This document shows positions 36,901-46,659 of a stretch of DNA of 64,000 nt, piece after piece. The translations under genes and the position numbers were made by a program. The notes under the pieces were generated by a model. It was not told where the DNA came from and did not search any database. It saw nothing but the letters and a program-made list of their open reading frames with translations. The number at the start of each line of letters is the position of its first letter. The stretch's first letter is position 1. Source of the DNA: Macrostomum lignano (taxonomy: Eukaryota); assembly GCA_002269645.1 (NCBI GenBank), contig NIVC01000871.1, positions 48,513-112,512 on the forward strand. The letters run 5' to 3'.

Positions 36901-39900
36901 TTCCTGACATAGCTTAGTGCGGGGTCAGCTAGCTGAGCTGCGACCAAATTTTCGCGACGCACCGGGCTACGAAGGTAATCACTCAGCAGTGCATTGCAAA
37001 CAAGCGGGTGCCTTTCCTTAGGCTCCTGTTCTTGCCTTTTGCTTAGCAACCTGCTACTAAAACTCGGAGTATTGTGTCGGTTCGGCGCCATATTCTGCGG
37101 CGAACAGCATGACGTAACTCCACTGTGTAGACTACAGGTTTCGGCTTGCGCGGAATTGCCTGAGCTCACAGTAACAGCTGATGCTGGGTCTGTGTTCACA
37201 GTTGCCCTACAGCTAAGCGACCTGGCATATGGGGATGACTCATCCTGTTGAGGATCCGGGATCCTGGATAGAGCATCAGCATTCACATGCTTAGGGCCAC
37301 TTCTATGCTCAATCTCAAAATCAAATTCACTAAGTCTCTCGATCCAACGACCTAAAATGCCTGTCTGTTCGGTCTGGCGAAGCAACCAGGTTAGGGCATT
37401 GTGATCAGTGCGCACCTTAAAACGTTTCCCTACGAGGTAAAACCTGAAGTACTTCAGCGAGTCAACAATCGCTAGAAGCTCCTTCCTCGTAATCGGGTAT
37501 CTACTTTCTGACTGCCTCATTTTTCGACTATAATACGCGATCGGTCTCTCAACTCCGTCGCTCTGCACTTGATTTAAGACCGCCCCAATTCTGACATCCG
37601 ATGCATCAGTGTCTAACACAAAATAAACTTGGGGGTCTGTATTAAACTCTGGGTAAGCAAGCACTTCTTCGGAACACATCCGTTCCTTCAACAGCTCGAA
37701 GCATTCATCATGAATCCTGGTCCATTTGTCCTGGATACACTTGATGTTCTTCTTCGTTAGCTCACAGAGTGGTGCTGCTACCTCGGCGAAATCTCTAACA
37801 AACTTTCGATAATAGTTACAGAGTCCGAGAAAACTTCGAAGCTCTGTCACAGATTTAGGTTTTGGCCAGTTCCTAATCGTTTCTAACTTTGACGCATCCC
37901 TTTTAATTCCTGATTTGCCTATGACGTGTCCTAGATATTGCAGTTCTGATTTGAAAAGGTGACATTTCTTCGCTTTTAGTTTCATATTAGCTTGGATTAG
38001 TCTTTTGAGCACTTCTTTCAGGTGTTCTAAGTGAGATTCAAAGTCTGTACTATAAACTATTACATCGTCTAAGTAAGCTATGGCGAACTTCTGTGCAATG
38101 TCCTTAAGAACTAAGTTCATGCACCTTTGGAAAGTTCCTGGAGCTCCTTGCAATCCCATTGGCAAAACTTCGTACTCAAACGAGCCTCGATGTAAAGTTG
38201 GAAAACTAGTTTTGCATTTATCTTCTTCCCTAAGAGCTATCTGATAATATCCTGAGAATAGATCTAACGTAGAAAATTGACTGGCTCCATGGAGACACGA
38301 GAATGTTTCATTAATATTAGTTATTGGATACGGAAAGTACTCCGATTTGTTGTTTAGTGCTCGATAGTCGTTAACTAATCTCAGCGAACCATCTTTCTTA
38401 GGTACTATGACTAATTGAGTCGAGTACTGCGAGTAACTAGGCCTAATGATGCCTCTAGCCAACATGAGATCTAACTGCTCATCTACCTCCTTGATCCAAT
38501 GAGGTGGAATCTTTCTAGCTGGTATCTGAACTGGGTTGTTGTCCTTCAAGATAATCTCATGTGTGACTAAATGCGTTCTGCCTAAGTCTAACTCGTGCTG
38601 CGAGAAAGCTGCTGAATGCTCCTTGACGACTTCGATCACCTTCTGTCTCTGCTCCTGAGTCAGTTCAGTTCCTATGTTAATCTCACTAATCCAGTCTTCT
38701 GACTTGTCTTGAACCTGTCTGATGTTTTCGCAAGACTGCGTGTTCTTATTCTGGCATAACTGCTCTTTCTCTGGTTGATCTTTAAGATAGTTTAATTCAC
38801 TAGCTAAAAGTGGCTTAGCCATTCCTACTAGTGCTGCTGCTGGCACTCTAGCTTCCTGTGAGCTGGTGTTAATCACTTCCAGATAAGCTCCTCCTTGTCT
38901 CAAAGTTACTAGACTTGGCACTACAGTTACCTTCTCTGCTCTAGTCTTCAATCCTGATCTGAGTGGCTCAACAACTGACGGCACTCCGAAATTGGATTCA
39001 CTACCTGTGGCTAATCTAACCTTGACTAATCCTGAACTATTAGCTGGAACTGTCGTCTTTTCTGCAACATAGATTCTCTTAACCTGAGGCTTAGCTCTGG
39101 TAGAACGAAGTGGAATTCTGGTTCCCTGCTTCATAGTTAGCATTCCTGTCTCAAAGTCGATAGCATTACAATATTGTTGGACAAACGTCACGCCTATTAC
39201 ATTGTCTACTTCTGCGTCACATAAGAGAAACTCTATTTCTTCTTCAAAATCACCGAATGTCGCCTTAATAACTACGGAACCTTTAATTGGAATCGGCTCT
39301 TCTGTGAACGATACGATTCTATTGTTCCATTGTTTAATTAAGTGACTATTCTTGCCAGTGAACAAGTGTTTCCAGGTTTCACGTCCTAGAATGTTCCTAT
39401 TGCTGCCAGTGTCTAATAGATAAACTACCTCCTTATTTAGAATGCTGCCAGTAATATACGGATCGTAATTTTGCTTCTTAGTTGGTTCGCTTAAATTTTG
39501 TGGTTTAATTTGCTGCTTACTAGAACAAGGTTGTTGCTGTGGTGCGTGTGAAAAGTGCTGAGAATAAATATTTGGTTGATTAAATGATTGATTAAATGGT
39601 TGCGCATGTCTACTGTTATACAAAGAATTCAATTCACTATTTACAGAAAAACTATCGCTGCTATTTACAGGTTGCGAGGCTACAGACTGCTGGCTGTCTA
39701 CTTCTGGAAAGCGTTGCCTCCTACGCTTCCGGCTACTCCGTTTCCCTGATTCTTATTCTGGTACTGCTGCGGGAACTGCTGCTGCGGGAACTGCGGCGGC
39801 GGGTACTGCGGCTGGTACGGAATAAACTGTGGTGGTTGTGGAAACTGCTGCTGCGGAAACTGCGGCTGATTCTGCTGCTGCTGGCAATGCTTAGCTATGT

Positions 39901-42900
39901 GACCGCTTTTCCCACACTTGAAGCACTTTACTGGCTGCTTCTGACCTTGGCCCTGTTGCTGGCCTTGGTACGGCTTCTGTCTAGCCTTCTGCTCAGCACT
40001 CTGCTGGTGTCGAAGCAACTCCTGGAGTACCCTCTGCTGGCTTTCTAGTGTCTCACCTTGCTTGCGGACTAACTCCCTCAAGCTACTTTCCGCCTCATCT
40101 CCTCCAGTTGCCTTGCACTGAGCTGGATCTCTACCTCGGCGAGACATGGTATACGCCATTTCGATACGTCGCAAAACTCGACGTGTCTCTTGGAGTGTGT
40201 TCGCCTGTGCTAGCAGTAGCTTCTCCCTAGCCTCTGGGGTTATCCTAACACCTCTAATAAATTGTTCCACCACTTCTTCCTGTCTTTGGTCATTAGTTAG
40301 GTGGGGAAATGCCATATAGGCTAACTCTGTCAGCTTCTCCGCATAGTCGTCAGAGCTCTCTGTCTTAGATTGATATCTGCTGCGGAATTCTTCCCTAGCT
40401 TCTTGGGCACTACCCGCATGCGTGAATCGTTCGATGAGCCTATCCTTGAATTCAGCATACGGTAGATTAGGGTCTAAATTCAGCCTTGTCACAATAGCAA
40501 ACGCTGATTGGACATCTAGATTAGATAGTAGTTCATTTTTCCAATCGGCTGCAGGTATCTCATCTGCGATACACCTTTGCTCAAAAGCCTGAATCCATAC
40601 GTCTATATCTTGATTAGGCGTGTACTTTTGGATCCTAATGTGCTTTCTAATGTCTAGTCTGTCTCTAATTCCTTCAGCCAGAGCTTCTACTACTTCGTTG
40701 GCGTCCATTAGTTTTTCGAATTACGAATTATCGCTTCTGATACTTACTATTAATTGAATTCAGTGAGACTGGGAGACTCCTGAGTCACTGATCTATTTAA
40801 CTAGTTTTTAATTGGTTATTTCTAATTTGTGAACAGAACTGCTAGACTGCGTGATCTCTTCACTTTTAACTGGGTCAATTATGACCTTGCTATCAAATTT
40901 CGAAACTGCTAGTTCAATAGAAGCGTTAATTCGTTCTTTAATTTGTTAATCCTAGGATTTAGGATTATCGCATTAGTTTCAGTATTTAGATTACCTTCTC
41001 TCCTGATTCTGACTTTCCGAAACGTTTTTATTTTGCAGGTTATATATATTACTGATTTTGCTAGTTTTGCACCAGTCTTTAACTTTTTTTGCGTTTCTCG
41101 GGTTTACTAATCCCCTAAGCTGCCACCAATTGGACAAGCTAGCGTGGTACCTGCGGTTTAGGCTACTGGTTTATTTTTAATTTGATTAATCTAAGCTCGA
41201 GAGACTCCGGGCTTAGATTAAGCTAGAAGATTTCCTAGCTACCTTAAATTGGATGAATAGTTGTTACGATCTTAGGTTTACTTTGCTCTACTAATCTGCT
41301 ATTACGTACTTTTATTTGGTAGGTCGCTGCCACCAGACTAATGCCCCTTATAATTAATGTTAAATTAAAATAAGTGAGACAAGAGTCAATTTCATATAAG
41401 ATTATTTAGATCAAACAAACAAAAGAAATATTATTAAACCAAATATGCAAAAGAAGGTATACAATTAATCCCTATGTTAACAATTCGGTAGACTCCGATT
41501 CTTAGTTAGACTAATGGTAGACTCCCTTAGTCTTTCCCTATGTTACCTAATTTATTCCTATTCTTCGGTAGACTCCGTTTTGACTAAGTGGTAGACTCCT
41601 TCTTAGCCTCCCTATTTTACCCTAACTTACCCTTAATTTCTGTTTTAGAATTTTTTTTAGTATTTCTATCTTTATACAAGGGGAGACTCCCTTATATTTT
41701 GAGTTTGTGCTTTGAGACTTAGTCTCTGAAATATTGTCCTGATGGACGGTCCTGAACGGATCCTTGACTGATTGTCCCGAACGGATGCTTTTCCCGAGGC
41801 TAAACAGCCTTTTACTAATAGAGGAACCCGCTAATACTCGAATTCCCACAACTTCAGATATTTCCCCGAGGGTGAACTACTAACAGTAGCGTAAAAGCAA
41901 AACTGCTTATTCTCGATTTCGGAAAACTAAAATAATTATCTCGACGAATCGGAAACCTTGGCAAACGCCCTTAGCAAAACTGCTTGAACTAAACCCCCTA
42001 CTACAATCGCATGATTTTAGTAACCAAATAAGGAAGTTTCACGCGCTCACCGCATGAAACTCACTCTTTTGGGGGTCCGCTTGGCTATAAATACGGAGCA
42101 TCTGCGAGCCATTTTTCTCCAGACTGCGTCGTCTCGCGGAGCATCGTGGCTGACTCGAAAGCCTTCTCCGAGCTCTCCTCTCTCATTTCAGGTTTTTCAG
42201 GTTTTCAGGTTCGAGCAGCATTCTACTAAGACGATCAACTGTCGAGACATTTTTCTGATTTGCCTTTGCTCCGAGCGACTTCGTTATTTTATTTCAGGTG
42301 ACGGATAGACAACTCTGCCGACGCGTCGAGTCCGCACACCAAGGTGTCAGCAACCCTACCAAGTCAAGGCTAACGTTTTAGGTTCATTATCAGGCAAATC
42401 GATAGGTAGTACAACGGTGCTATCTAGCTACTTCAGGAGCAGCGGGTTCTATTTCTAGGAACATCTTCAAGAACCCGAGAAGAAGCATAACAAATGTGCT
42501 GAGTCAGCGGCATTGGAAGCGGATTGCAACTATGAGAAGCCTGAGTGAACTTTTCGCAGAAGGATAAACTGTGGAAAACCCGCGTAAAACCATGGAAAAA
42601 CCGGCTTTGCTGAAACGGAAATTTTCTACTTGTTTTTCGAATCTACGGACGCCACAGTCACACTTGAAGTGTCGGCGCCTCACCTCCAGGTTGCTGGCCG
42701 GAAGTTCCTTCCAAGGCGCTCCGCCGCCACTGCCTCGGTGCAGCAGCCGCAGTCTACTGAACTGGCTTGGCTCGCCTTCTGGCAGCTTCAACGGCAGCTT
42801 CAACGCCAGCTGGCATCTTAGGCTGCGCACGCTGGGGCTGGCGAGCTGGTAGACTGGGGAGACCAGGCGTTCCATCTCGGCTAGGCGAACGGTGAAGTCT

Positions 42901-43813
42901 GATAGCTCGGCTGGTTGCACCGAGCTGACGGTGATGCTGTCGTTGCGGCTGAACCCGCCGGCCTCCGGGATGGTCAGGCAGCCGCCGTCAGGCAGCTGGT
43001 AGCGACCGCCGCGCTTGCCCGGGCGAACTTGGATGGATCGGCTGCGAGTTTGAGGGATTTGGATGGTATTCGGGTTGCTATGCAGGATATTCGGGTTGCT
43101 ATGCAGGATATTCGAGTTGCTATGCAGGATATTCGGGTTGCTATGCAGGATATTCGGGTTGCTATTCAGGATATTCGGGTTGCTATGCAGGATATTCGGG
43201 TTGCTATGCAGGATATTCGGGTTGCTATGCAGGATATTCGGGTTGCTATGCAGGATATTCGGGTTGCTATGCAGGATATTCCAGTTGATATGAGAATATT
43301 CGGGTTGCTATGGCGATATTTCTGTTGCTATGGAGGATATTCAGGTTGCTATGGAGGATACCCGGGTTGCTATGGACGATATTTATGTTGCTATGGAGGA
43401 TATTCGGGTTTCTATGGAGGATATTCGGGGTTGCTATGGAGGATATTCGGGTTGCTATGCAGGGTATTCGGGTTGCTATGGCGAATTCATGAGCGTATAG
43501 GAGAATTAAAGTCTCAGAAGGGAACTCAGTTTCTATGAGAGATACTGAGGCTTAAAAGGAAAATAATGTTTTCTAAGAACAGCTAGTGTTTCCATTGAAG
43601 CTCACTTCACATCCGGTATGCAGGATTCTTCAGCTTCCCCTCCGCCGCCGTCCCCTGCAGCTTTCGACTTGTCAGAATCCGCCACCAGCTGAAGGTGGTG
43701 CGTCTTTGAACCGTTGGATTGAGCGGCAGCTGAAGCTGTCTTCTGACGGCGCTGCTGCACTGCCGAAGTGTTCGGACTGCGCTTGGCAGACTGCACTGAA
43801 GCTCTGGCTGCTG
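27534..43813 (-). CDS. ZU5-ZU5-UPA-death domain protein (PIDD/DTHD1/ankyrin-type supramodule); 5' exon(s) unresolved
   Basis: Minus exons ~43813-43606, 43041-42684, 32066-31881, 31744-31198, 29321-28877, 28581-28265, 27931-27534 (TGA), GT-AG with consistent phases 2,0,0,1,2,1. ZU5a GKRGGRYQLPDGGCLTIP..LVSPVY; ZU5b ISPNGGLI..VSLRVPKNAF; UPA SFSVELTGDF..RVSFQYH..NPVVF; DD FRVLLYWK..LSDALSRMGRNDLV. Confidence 0.85.
27965..28235. repeat. Minisatellite, 13-bp unit ATCTATAGCTGTG
   Basis: Fills the last intron of the ZU5-DD gene. Confidence 0.9.
28265..29321 (-). CDS. ZU5-UPA-DD gene exons 29321-28877 and 28581-28265: UPA domain and linker
   Basis: catcag|GAGCC...TTTAG|gtgagt; gacag|AGGC...GCTC|gtgagt. 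Confidence 0.8.
29378..31140. repeat. Minisatellite, 17/18-bp unit GGGG(G)ATGCTTGCTATCT
   Basis: ~1.76 kb; G-run length variation shifts the ORF frames. Confidence 0.97.
31198..32066 (-). CDS. ZU5-UPA-DD gene exons 32066-31881 and 31744-31198: second ZU5 domain
   Basis: cacag|GCGGAC...CTGAGG|gtaatt; ccacag|ATCCTC...GCAG|gtgaga. Confidence 0.85.
32738..32950. promoter_or_regulatory. Cluster of four AP-1 (TGA[C/G]TCA) motifs, candidate enhancer
   Basis: ATGACTCAT at 32738, 32812, 32864 (each within GATGACTCATC); TGAGTCA at 32944. Confidence 0.45.
33013..33882 (-). repeat. 3' LTR (870 bp)
   Basis: Differs from 41131-42005 by one substitution, one 1-bp indel and one 4-bp indel; TATAAAG and AATAAA present on -. 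Confidence 0.97.
33883..33895 (-). other. Polypurine tract
   Basis: AGTGGGGGGTAAG immediately 5' of the 3' LTR on -. Confidence 0.85.
34469..35296 (-). CDS. Retrotransposon ORF3, 275 aa, non-env, unknown function
   Basis: Intact ATG-stop ORF starting 4 nt after the pol stop, inside a young element; basic N-terminus, acidic/Pro-rich middle, Cys-containing C-terminal ~100 aa; no signal peptide or TM seen. Confidence 0.8.
   Translation of the reverse strand: MADAPERIYPIKKIYSGKRRHDSDENEPPRVRAVRVIETADEPEKPHPREEPITKEEEGEGRLIIDLGGADLEAETRKQEEERREEHDEFLRMLLDVSLPDIEEALSPANEAPVAEEPPSNDVQEHKPAPVADEPPLDVAGLFRDDAPPPSNQDAANEPSGASPRKFRKCTKALKRWLLQTGNTGRYDPTVPAACTRFLAKATAAQRIQSLEVACTYALQHAEERAKGPISPYQVSEHLRDLAELFDPEGKKTPATGLLYQCAQRAPTCRPLGNL
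35301..39740 (-). CDS. pol: Pol polyprotein (aspartic protease, spacer, RT, RNase H, integrase), expressed by -1 frameshift from gag
   Basis: LLDTGS protease; RLVNDYRALN, LDLFSGYYQI, YLDD RT; LDTDASD..ELLAI..TDHNAL RNase H; H..PLAGH..C..C and IDLIGP..TDQGTQF..NGLVEN integrase. Frame is open from 39752, upstream of the track start at 39632. Confidence 0.97.
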   Translation of the reverse strand, partial: RSSRKRRRQRFPEVDSQQSVASQPVNSSDSFSVNSELNSLYNSRHAQPFNQSFNQPNIYSQHFSHAPQQQPCSSKQQIKPQNLSEPTKKQNYDPYITGSILNKEVVYLLDTGSNRNILGRETWKHLFTGKNSHLIKQWNNRIVSFTEEPIPIKGSVVIKATFGDFEEEIEFLLCDAEVDNVIGVTFVQQYCNAIDFETGMLTMKQGTRIPLRSTRAKPQVKRIYVAEKTTVPANSSGLVKVRLATGSESNFGVPSVVEPLRSGLKTRAEKVTVVPSLVTLRQGGAYLEVINTSSQEARVPAAALVGMAKPLLASELNYLKDQPEKEQLCQNKNTQSCENIRQVQDKSEDWISEINIGTELTQEQRQKVIEVVKEHSAAFSQHELDLGRTHLVTHEIILKDNNPVQIPARKIPPHWIKEVDEQLDLMLARGIIRPSYSQYSTQLVIVPKKDGSLRLVNDYRALNNKSEYFPYPITNINETFSCLHGASQFSTLDLFSGYYQIALREEDKCKTSFPTLHRGSFEYEVLPMGLQGAPGTFQRCMNLVLKDIAQKFAIAYLDDVIVYSTDFESHLEHLKEVLKRLIQANMKLKAKKCHLFKSELQYLGHVIGKSGIKRDASKLETIRNWPKPKSVTELRSFLGLCNYYRKFVRDFAEVAAPLCELTKKNIKCIQDKWTRIHDECFELLKERMCSEEVLAYPEFNTDPQVYFVLDTDASDVRIGAVLNQVQSDGVERPIAYYSRKMRQSESRYPITRKELLAIVDSLKYFRFYLVGKRFKVRTDHNALTWLLRQTEQTGILGRWIERLSEFDFEIEHRSGPKHVNADALSRIPDPQQDESSPYARSLSCRATVNTDPASAVTVSSGNSAQAETCSLHSGVTSCCSPQNMAPNRHNTPSFSSRLLSKRQEQEPKERHPLVCNALLSDYLRSPVRRENLVAAQLADPALSYVRNLIESDLPKPNFQERLELSHEIRNLLGYYELFRIEDGVLRIDLNLGRTESKVVLPKSLDGEVFHEFHDSPLAGHLGRDKTYQRVKERFWRVGLATAVEKYVAKCKSCLESKSRKRCKAPVQNFPIVEPFSRLHIDLIGPISQTSKSGNKYVLSVIDSTSKFPFAFAIKNQKAKTVIKILQERVFADFGIPQWIHTDQGTQFTGRAFRKFLDLYGIRHTRTTSYHPQSNGLVENLNKQIKSILTCLLEKEHANWDVLLPGCITALRTSTHTATGFSPHYLVFGREARMPSDNVFQQPKAFADLPAYVQEHLTHLQEGQELAKQRLKLIQRKREQHYSNKPKQPDLPIGSLVFINNPVITQTEANKFHRKRRAVYEVIEQLSEVVYRIRLLNKSTKARKEELVMHRDNLLPVPTADYVSEEEKPESSCARRPKLRENVPLNPMYEAADSESEHEDEVQFVPVQIQNNVPVPVQVMPVQDIPVQDMPVQNNEQPVVENRPVRNRREPSRLAIDPGQKSYVQRVKELFNPYLLFQLE
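39676..39746 (-). promoter_or_regulatory. -1 programmed ribosomal frameshift signal (G GGA AAC + predicted H-type pseudoknot)
   Basis: Heptamer at 39740-39746 in gag frame; stem 1 GGAAGCGT/ACGCTTTCC; loop GAGGC pairs with GCCTC at 39680-39676. Confidence 0.8.
39698..40708 (-). CDS. gag: Gag (336 aa) with CCHC zinc knuckle and Gln/Pro-rich tail
   Basis: ATG 40708; capsid-like FEQRC..W..ELL...Q..ES.DDYA..L; CFKCGKSGHIAKHC. Confidence 0.95.
   Translation of the reverse strand: MDANEVVEALAEGIRDRLDIRKHIRIQKYTPNQDIDVWIQAFEQRCIADEIPAADWKNELLSNLDVQSAFAIVTRLNLDPNLPYAEFKDRLIERFTHAGSAQEAREEFRSRYQSKTESSDDYAEKLTELAYMAFPHLTNDQRQEEVVEQFIRGVRITPEAREKLLLAQANTLQETRRVLRRIEMAYTMSRRGRDPAQCKATGGDEAESSLRELVRKQGETLESQQRVLQELLRHQQSAEQKARQKPYQGQQQGQGQKQPVKCFKCGKSGHIAKHCQQQQNQPQFPQQQFPQPPQFIPYQPQYPPPQFPQQQFPQQYQNKNQGNGVAGSVGGNAFQK
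41119..41128 (-). other. Primer-binding site (tRNA-Leu-like)
   Basis: TGGTGGCAGC 2 nt after the 5' LTR; complementary to the 3' end (..GCUGCCACCA) recalled for tRNA-Leu(AAG/TAG). Confidence 0.8.
41131..42005 (-). repeat. 5' LTR (875 bp)
   Basis: Direct repeat of 33013-33882; followed on - by the PBS. Confidence 0.97.
42684..43041 (-). CDS. ZU5-UPA-DD gene exon: first ZU5 domain
   Basis: ctcgcag|CCGATC...CTGGAG|gtgagg. Confidence 0.85.
43065..43490. repeat. Minisatellite, 21-bp unit GGATATTCGGGTTGCTATGCA
   Basis: 7-aa periodicity. Confidence 0.95.
43606..43813 (-). CDS. ZU5-UPA-DD gene exon: low-complexity N-terminal region
   Basis: NAGNAG acceptor after a pyrimidine tract; donor AA|gtgagc in phase with the next exon; no in-frame ATG. 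Confidence 0.65.
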
Positions 43814-43849
43814 CTTGAGGTGAAGAAGGAGCACTTGGTTGAGGGAGAG

Positions 43850-44750
43850 TCGCAGAGGGCACTGGGAGAACTGAGGGAGAGTCACAGACTGAGGGAGAGG
43901 CACAAACTGAGAGAGAGTCACTGAGGGAACTGAGGGAGAGTCATAGAGGGAACTGAGGGAGAGTCACAGATATAACTGAAGGAGAGTCCCAGATATAACT
44001 GAAGGAGAGTCACTGATATAACTGAGGGAGAATCACAGATATAATTGAGGGAGAGTCACAGATATAACTGAGGGAGAGTCACAGATATAACTGAAGGAGA
44101 GTCACTGATATAAATGAGGGAGAATCACAGATACAACTGAGGGAGAGTCACAGATATAACTGAAGGAGAGTCACTGATATAACTGAAGGAGAATCACAGA
44201 TATAACTGAAGGAGAGTCACAGATATAACTGAAGGAGAGTCACTGATATAACTGAGGGAGAATCACAGATATAACTGAAGGAGAGTCACTGATATAAATG
44301 AGGGAGAATCACAGATATAACTGAAGGAGTATCACAGATATAACTGAAGGAGAGTCACTGATATAAATGAGGGAGAATCACAGATATAACTGAAGGAGAG
44401 TCACAGATATAACTGAAGGAGAGTCAGATATAACTGAGGGAGAGTCACAGAGGGAACTGAGGGAGAGTCACAAAGGAAACTGAGGGAGAGTCACAGAGGG
44501 AACTGAGGGAGAGTTACAGAGGGAACTGAGGAAGAGTCACAGTGGAAACTGAGGGAGAGTCACAGAGGGAGCTGAGGGAGAGTCACAGAGGGAACTGAGG
44601 GAGAGTCACAGAGGGAACTGAGGGAGAGTTACAGAGGGAACTGAGGAAGAGTCACAGTGGAAACTGAGGGAGAGTCACAGAGGGAGCTGAGGGAGAGTCA
44701 CAGAGGGAACTGAGGGAGAGTCACAGAGGGAACTGAGGGCGATTCACAGT
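43850..44750. repeat. Minisatellite, 23-bp unit GGGAGAGTCACAGA(TATA/GGGA)ACTGA
   Basis: Two variant blocks. Confidence 0.9.
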
Positions 44751-45278
44751 TAGACTTAAGAGGGAAAACGGGAATTAAAGTCAGTGAACTTTATCTAAAA
44801 AGACGCAGTCTCCAAGAAACGCATACAGTACATGTACAATATATGCAATTGAAACAGAATGCAAAGAAATACGGAGAACTACTACGCTAAGCACTATCAA
44901 TAAATCTTGTTTTCTTTCATTCCAACCTCTATTTGAACTTTTTTACTAAGAGGAAGTACTATATACATTGGAAGCTTGCCAAACTAATCATTTACATTAA
45001 TATGTATTAGCATTAACCTTACCTGACATGGCACACTAATCAGTTTGGTGTCGGTAAACCAACAAGCAAGATAAAAGCGACTAAAAGAAAGCAAGCTTAC
45101 AACACCTGACACGCTGCTAAAATTTGCTTTTGAGTCAACTTAAATAGAAGCTGAGCGGGGGGGGGGGTAAGGGAAAAGATGCTTGGCGTAACAGACTCGC
45201 TTGTCGTGGAGTGCTGGTTTGACGTGTGATCTGGATTGGCCTGGAAACTTAGGCTATTTGATGAGCCACAGGTGCTCT

Positions 45279-45850
45279 AATCTCATCCATTTGGGCGCTC
45301 TAATCTCATCCATTTGGGCGCTCTAATCTCATCCATTTGGGCGCTCTAATCTCATCTATTTGGCGCTCTAATCTCATCCATTTGGGCGCTCTAATCACAT
45401 TCATTTGGGCGCTCTAATCACATATATTGAGGCGCTCTACTCTCATTCATTTGGGCGCTCTAATCTCATTCATTTGGGCGCTCTAATCTCATTCATTTGG
45501 GCGCTCTAATCTCATCCATTTGAGCGCTCTAAATCTCATCTATTCAGGCGCTCTAATCTCATCCATTCGGGAACTCTAATCTAATTCATTTGGTCACTCT
45601 AATCTCATCTATTCAAGCGCTCTAATCTCATCCATTTGGGAACTCTAATATCTTCTATTTTTGAACTTAAATCTCGTCTAATCTCGTTGTTATCTATTTG
45701 AAACTCTAATCTCATATCTTTGGATGCTCTAATCTCATCTATTCGGAAGTCTTATTTTATCTATTTGGCGCTCTAACTTCATCTATTTTGGCACTTTAAT
45801 CTCTCCTATTCGACACTCTAATCTCACCTTTTTGGCACTCTCATCTTGCT
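45279..45850. repeat. Minisatellite, 23-bp unit CTCTAATCTCATCCATTTGGGCG, decaying rightwards
   Basis: Direct reading. Confidence 0.9.
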
Positions 45851-46659
45851 ATCACGCGGGACAGCTGCTGTTGCTCTAATCTTATTCTGATGTATTAATG
45901 TCCAGATGTATTGATAGATGTCTAGATTTAGACATGCATGAGCACTCCTAGCCAACCACTCGCGTTCAACGGTTTTTATAGAGACCGAATCGCACACAAG
46001 CCACTATCTCAGCCCCTCAGTTTAACCCCCACCCAAACCCCCGCAAGTGACGGGAAATGTGAAAGATGGTCCACAATTTCAACTGAGCGCCTTTTAAGAC
46101 TGCTCAATTGCTTCCTGTGAGCAGTCGCTGTCTGGGGGGGGGGGTTGTTACTGCATTTCAGAGCCTTCACCTATAAACTGCAGGCTTGAAAATAAACTGG
46201 CCACGCATACTGCAGTTTCGCTTGTAAATAAACGCATTACCTCAGACTGAAATTGAATGCAACTCACGCAGCCCTCTCTACCTTTTTGATAGCCAGCATC
46301 ATCGCTCATTTTTTATCCAGTCTCCTTTCTCATTTTATTCCAGCTTTATTCAATTATCAATTCTTTTTGACAGTCTTCATTATGCAAAGAAGAGTGAGTT
46401 GGTGTTAGGCTGGGATGTGATCCATCTGTGTCCACAAGAATTAACCTCAGTTTGGGTGGCCTCTTGATATTTCCATCTAGACTAAATTTATTGCCTTATT
46501 TATACTCGTATTTTACGGTTTTTCTATAATAGTGCAGTATAGATTCCATAACTATATCGTCAATCAACTAGTTGTCCGCACACTCTTTATTGGGTCTAGC
46601 ACTTGCATGCAACTATGATGGTTCTTGTAAAGTTCTGAAAGCCATTGTGATGCCAAACT

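Larger units (their letters stand above)
33013..42005 (-). mobile_element. Full-length Ty3/Gypsy LTR retrotransposon (8993 bp), recent insertion, three ORFs
   Basis: TG...CA LTRs of 870/875 bp; PBS; PPT; intact gag and pol (PR-RT-RH-IN order); imperfect 4-bp TSD CTCG/ATCG. Confidence 0.97.

Noticed and set aside
499-43813. Apparent apoptosis cluster (MADD, CIDE-N-like segment, death-domain gene)
   Set aside because: The CIDE-N-like segment is in a transposon relic and the MADD death domain is not a recognisable canonical DD here; no evidence of co-regulation
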